DNA of 64,000 nt from Vicugna vicugna. Its lineage: Eukaryota. The position numbers were made by a program, and so were the translations under genes. The notes under the pieces were generated by a model, which did not search any database, had not been told where the DNA came from, and saw nothing but the letters and a program-made list of their open reading frames with translations. The DNA lies in NCBI GenBank assembly GCA_013265495.1, contig MU058257.1:317418-381417 (forward strand), read 5' to 3'. The stretch's first letter is position 1; the number at the start of each line of letters is the position of its first letter. This document shows, piece by piece, positions 60,401 to 64,000 of the stretch.

Positions 60401-63064
60401 GGTTAAAGAAAAAGTGGTATCATTCACTGCCTTTGCTCTCTTTCTACAGTGGAAATACAATCAGCTCTAGGATAAACTTAGAAAATTTTACGCTAAGTGA
60501 AAGAAGTCAGACACAAAAGGTCCCACGTGGTATGACTCCTTTTATAGCAAATATCCAGAGCAGACAAATCCACAAAGACAGAAAGCAGACCAGAGGTCAC
60601 CAGGAAAGTGGTTACTTAGTCGGTGTGGGGAGTTTCCATGGGGTGACGAAAAGGTTTTGAAACTACAAGAAGCTGGTGGTTGCACAACAAAGTGAATACA
60701 CTAAATATTACTCGTATGTACTTTTTAAAATGGTTAATTATATGCAATGTGAATTTTACCTCAGTAAAAGTTAAAAAAGAAAACCAGTTTCTAGTAAGGT
60801 AGTCTGTTTCTATGGTTGACTCTTGACAAATGCTACCCCTCAGTGAAAAGGAACAAAGAGAAACTATGTAGTATTGGTCTATCAGGTGACCCTCAGAAAT
60901 GGCGACTAGGGAACTTTAATGGTCTAGCGCTTATGTGGAGATCTGTCAAGTATTTCATCCTGAGACCTCTTTTTCCAACTCTCTCTCTCCTTCCTATTTC
61001 CTGCTCACTAGTTCATCTGTTAGACAGGAATGAGGAAAATAAAGAAGAGATGAAACCAAAACCTGTCATTTAATCCTTCCTAAGAGCTCTAAGAAGTACC
61101 ACTTCACAATCACTAGGATGGCTGTAATCAAAGACAGACAATACTAGGATGGCTGTAATCAAAGACAGACAATGACAAGTGTTGGCCAGAACGTAGAGAA
61201 ACTGGAACCCTCAAATACTGCTGGGGAGAATGTGAAAGTCATTTTGGTGGTTCCTCGAAAGCCTAAACATAACAGATAACACAAGACCCAATAATTCCAC
61301 CCCAGTTATATGCCAGAGGGAACTGAAAATGGACACCTACACAAAAACCTGTACATGAACGTTTACAGCATTATTCCTAACAGTCAAATGTGAAAACTAC
61401 CCAATTCACCGTCCATCAACCAATGAATGGATAAGCAGAATGTGGTTTATCCACACAATGAAATATTATTCAACCATAAAAAGGAACGAAGTGCTGATAA
61501 ATGCTTTGTAGCAAGGATATAGCATAGGTGAATCTTAAAAACATGCTAAGTGAAAGAAGCCAGACACAAAAGGCCACGTATTATGCAATTCCATTGTATG
61601 AAATGTCCGGAACAGGCAAATCTACAGAGACAGAAAGTAGATTAGTGGTTACCAGGACCGGAGGGGAGAAGGGAATGGGGAAATGACTGCTAGTGGGTAT
61701 GAGTTTTGTTTTTTTGAAGGGTATTGAAAATGTTCCGGTTCGCCACCTCTCCCACCGGCCCAATGAGCTGCAGCTGCTCCGGCACCGCTGCCCGCACTGC
61801 CCAGCACCGCTGCAGAGAACAAGGCCAGCCCCGTGGGGACAGCAGGGGGGCCTGGGACTGGAGCTGTGGCAGGGGCATGGGACCTGTGGTGGCATGGGCC
61901 GGGGAGCCAGCCGAGCTGTGCAGGGCGGCTCCAGTGTCGGTGGACGGCGCAGCGCCCCCGGAAGGTGCCATGTCTAATGGGGTTTACGTGCTGCCAAGCA
62001 TGGCCAACCGAGACGTGAAGCTGGTGGTACCCAGCATGCCTCTGGTGGACCTCCTGATGCAGCTGGAGCATCACACGCCAATGATTCCCAATGCAGTGAC
62101 TGGTTACTACCTGAACCATGCTGGCTTTGAGGCCTCAGACCCATGCATAATTCGGCTCATCTCCCTAGCTGCCCAGGAATTCACCTCAGATACTGCCAAC
62201 GATGCCCTACAGCCCTGCAAAATGAAGGGCACAGCCTCTGGCAGCTCCCGAAGCAAAAGCAAGGACCATAAGTACGCTAACCACGGAGGACCTGACCCCT
62301 GCCCTCAGCGAGTATGCCATCAATGTGAATAAGCCTACTTCATCTGAGCCACCCAACCTAAATGGGCTTGTCTGTCCCCTTGTCTCCACACCAGCCTGTT
62401 TTCATAATAAACTTATTGGGAAAAAAAAAAAGAAAATGTTCTGAAATTATATAATGGTGATGGTTGTACAACTCCAAATAAATTAAAAACTACTAAGTTG
62501 TGCATTTTTTTTTTGGTGAATTATGCACAAGTCACAAGAGTGAATTGTCTGGTGTATGAATTCTATCTCAATAAACTTATTTGTTTTTTAAAAAAGAATT
62601 TCTAAGTAAAGATATAATAGAGCTAAATACTGACTAAAAGAAGGCTTCAGTGTATTTCATCATTAGTGTTTGATTTCTGGCACTAGAAAGAATTGAGGGC
62701 AAATTACAATTGTCTTCCTTATAACGCCTAGTCAGCTGGCAATAAAAGACCTTTCCTAAGAGGTTAAATCCTTCCCCTGCCCTCAGCTTTGTAAACTGGT
62801 CATTACACACACTCAATTGTCTCACTTTGATGCTTCCTGTTATGTGGGAACTCAGTTCCAAACAGGTTATTACAGCTAAAGTACCTATAATATATTCCTA
62901 TTAGTTTCTTTCTTTAGCAAAACCACCCCAAGAAGGCTGAAACCAACCAAATTCACGGTCTGTGTACATGGTTCTCCATTCTTCTTCTTTGCTTTACAGG
63001 TTCCCAGGTCAAGAGCTTCCCCCATAATTAAGATCTTTTGAGGATGATCAATAGATAAGCACAC
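45385..63064 (-). CDS. MCM10: MCM10 DNA replication initiation factor, last 12 coding exons (5' part beyond the window)
   Basis: Twelve GT-AG exons with consistent phases encode VCLSIDHPQK...CKAKKKNGEPC..CEYCQYH (internal-domain Zn finger) through the C-terminal Zn motifs CKTCAYT..HWH, CPCGNR, C..CGLFKWER to FLNSLK*. Confidence 0.97.
45555..45597 (-). CDS. MCM10: MCM10 penultimate exon (43 nt)
   Basis: NCGLFKWERDGMLK. Confidence 0.94.
45887..46017 (-). mobile_element. tRNA-derived SINE (vic-1-like) with TSD
   Basis: Reverse-complement SINE with poly-T; TSD CAAGCATGGTT at 45872 and 46019. Confidence 0.88.
47340..48460 (+). mobile_element. Old L1 ORF2 fragment
   Basis: A-rich decayed ORF2 (gaaatcaataaa, tttgacaaactaagtgaaatgga, tcattttataaggc). 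Confidence 0.7.
47492..47682 (-). mobile_element. Retroposed (processed) ERV LTR U3-R fragment with poly(A) and TSD
   Basis: Homologous to LTR sequence at ~6050-6195. It ends ~13 nt after AATAAA in a poly(A) tail. TSD ATGTTAAA(A/G)AAT at 47480 and 47683. Confidence 0.75.
49101..49246 (-). CDS. MCM10: MCM10 exon (146 nt)
   Basis: CAYTHFKPLETCVSEQHNYHWHDGVKRFFKCPCGNRSISLDRLPKKHC. Confidence 0.95.
49294..49878 (+). mobile_element. L1 3' end (younger family)
   Basis: ORF2 C-terminus and 3'UTR, AATAAA, A-rich tail. Confidence 0.88.
50506..50992 (+). mobile_element. MaLR LTR (MLT1D-like)
   Basis: taggcagaataat...ttgcagatggaattaagg...gaagatggaggaaggggccacaagccaagg...cagcagcaacaggaaac. Confidence 0.82.
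51730..51843 (-). CDS. MCM10: MCM10 exon (114 nt)
   Basis: AEAELQEQYFEPLVKKEQMEEKMRSIREVKCRVVTCKT. Confidence 0.95.
52500..53230. mobile_element. Old hAT-type DNA transposon relic (MER20B-like)
   Basis: ggggacattt...ccagggatgcta...cagtgcatggaacag resembles the MER20 family; assignment from memory. Confidence 0.45.
53734..53852 (-). CDS. MCM10: MCM10 exon (119 nt)
   Basis: EPARKKRREQLAYLESEEFQTILKAKSRHMGILKE. Confidence 0.95.
54603..54747 (-). CDS. MCM10: MCM10 exon (145 nt)
   Basis: LAAITKLRAKGQILQKTDPNSIKKK...VLEVKER. Confidence 0.95.
55850..56078 (-). CDS. MCM10: MCM10 exon (229 nt)
   Basis: FLQSSSEVKS...EGDDVLFFDELPPPRPKLSALAEAKK. Confidence 0.95.
57551..57668 (-). CDS. MCM10: MCM10 exon (118 nt)
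   Basis: GTMGSLKPAFQSISASALLKQQKQRMLEIRKKKSEDIQK. Confidence 0.95.
57756..57866 (-). CDS. MCM10: MCM10 exon (111 nt)
   Basis: GVPQKSLSCSEEFRELMDLPTCGARNLKHHLAKATSS. Confidence 0.95.
58503..58603 (-). CDS. MCM10: MCM10 exon (101 nt)
   Basis: AAAVAPKKKIQTTLTNLVVKGTDLILQETRQKL. Confidence 0.95.
59993..60192 (-). CDS. MCM10: MCM10 exon (200 nt)
   Basis: NDCEYCQYHIQAQYKKLSARRADLQSTFSGG...GFYYGGVSSASYAAS. Confidence 0.95.
60440..60782 (+). mobile_element. Old L1 3'UTR fragment
   Basis: gctaagtgaaagaagtcagacacaaaagg, gtggtggttgcacaaca, gtgaattttacctca. Confidence 0.78.
61100..62596 (+). mobile_element. Old L1 3' fragment hosting the TAF10 retrocopy
   Basis: L1 3' motifs are continuous across the insertion (gaaaatgttctgaaatt...ggtgatggttgtacaac). 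Confidence 0.82.
61736..62431 (+). pseudogene. TAF10: TAF10 processed pseudogene, antisense within an MCM10 intron
   Basis: Intronless; MSCS..., SNGVYVLPS, VTGYYLN.AGFEASDP.IIRLISLAAQ, CKMKGTASGSSRSKSKD. AATAAA 62406, poly(A) 62421-62431, TSD GAAAATGTTC (61726-61735 / 62432-62441). Internal deletion and frameshifts. Confidence 0.95.
62948..63064 (-). CDS. MCM10: MCM10 exon (117 nt)
   Basis: VCLSIDHPQKILIMGEALDLGTCKAKKKNGEPCTQTVNL; AG/GT flanks. Confidence 0.95.
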
Positions 63065-63279
63065 CTGGAGAAAAGAGGCAGAGAGTTAAAAGCAGACAAA
63101 GGCATGGCCTTTCATCAGCAAGAATGGATATAACAGTTAGCCTGAGTTAAGCAGGCTTTTTATCCGTCTTATCAGTGCACAGGAATTTGAAGCCAGTGCT
63201 CTGTAAGATGGCTGTAGACATGGGAGGTGGAGTCGACACACTTAGTTCTCCACCCCTGTCCATTCCCTCCTGCGTCTTT

Positions 63280-63665
63280 GCTCTTAGAATCCAAATGCCC
63301 ACCCTCAGGTGATGGATCCTGATGTGTTTCCCCAGCAGTCTTTACAGCTAGTGATGGTCACATGACCACACTCGGGCCAATGAGACTCAAGCAGGAGGCA
63401 GCTGGGAAGGCTGCTTTCTTGACAAAAGCAGAGCGAGGAGGCTGGCCTCCTTTCTGTCTTGGAGATGTGATGGCTAGCACTCCAAAGGTATCTTGTGACC
63501 AAGAGGAAAAGGCTGAGACTCACAGACACTGGCCCTGGCATCACTACACTGCCTATTTCTGGATTTTTTTACTATGTAAGAAAAATAAACCTCAGTATTT
63601 AACATTAAAAAGAAACTTCAGTGAAGTTTTTCTGTTACTTGCAGCCAAACACATTTCTAACCAAC
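63280..63665 (+). mobile_element. Old MaLR (MLT1-type) LTR relic
   Basis: ggtcacatgacc..ggccaatgaga and terminal ttttctgttacttgcagccaaacacatttctaa. Confidence 0.6.
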
Positions 63666-64000
63666 AGATGAAGATTTGTTTCCATTCTCACTCCTCCTGA
63701 CGTAAATAATCTGTCAACAGAAGCAGCAGCTTCTTGCTGCGCCGTGGAGAACTTGTCTGTTTCTATTCACACTGCATCTAGCTTTGTAATTTACTAGAGC
63801 ATCAGTAAGTAGTACCCTGACTCTAATGCTGCCTGAAAAGATGAAAATTCACAAGTTGCAGCTTTGGTGGTGCTAACGAATGGAGCAAAGTTCTCTCAAC
63901 TATAAAACCTCACCTTCCCAGTGCCGCCATGCAAATTTACAAGATCTAAGGAGATCTGAGCCCAAGAGTTGAAAAAACTCCAGGAACCTTGGAATGAACT

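Overview
Mammalian genomic DNA. The abundant tRNA-derived SINE resembles the camelid-specific vic-1 family, so a camelid origin is likely but inferred. Two convergent protein-coding genes are present: UCMA (+, complete 5-exon CDS, 25243-34391, 138 aa) and the last 12 coding exons of MCM10 (-, 63064 down to the stop at 45385). The first 15.3 kb is a nested ERV cluster. Provirus A is the 3' half of a class I provirus whose env carries a syncytin-1-like SDGGGVQDQAR motif. Provirus B (4252-15262) is complete but decayed, with an EnvR(b)/PABL_B-like env that has no frameshift and only two stops, and four solo LTRs nested in its leader. A TAF10 processed pseudogene with TSDs lies in an MCM10 intron. 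The rest is L1, MaLR, DNA-transposon and SINE relics. The most notable observations are a uATG that opens a stop-free 157-codon alternative frame across the spliced UCMA mRNA, the two env genes, a small hydrophobic ORF between pol and env, an LTR-in-LTR fold-back, and an L1-retroposed polyadenylated LTR fragment. Family names and ortholog comparisons come from memory, not from database searches. N gaps lie at 2663-2831 and 2959-3734.
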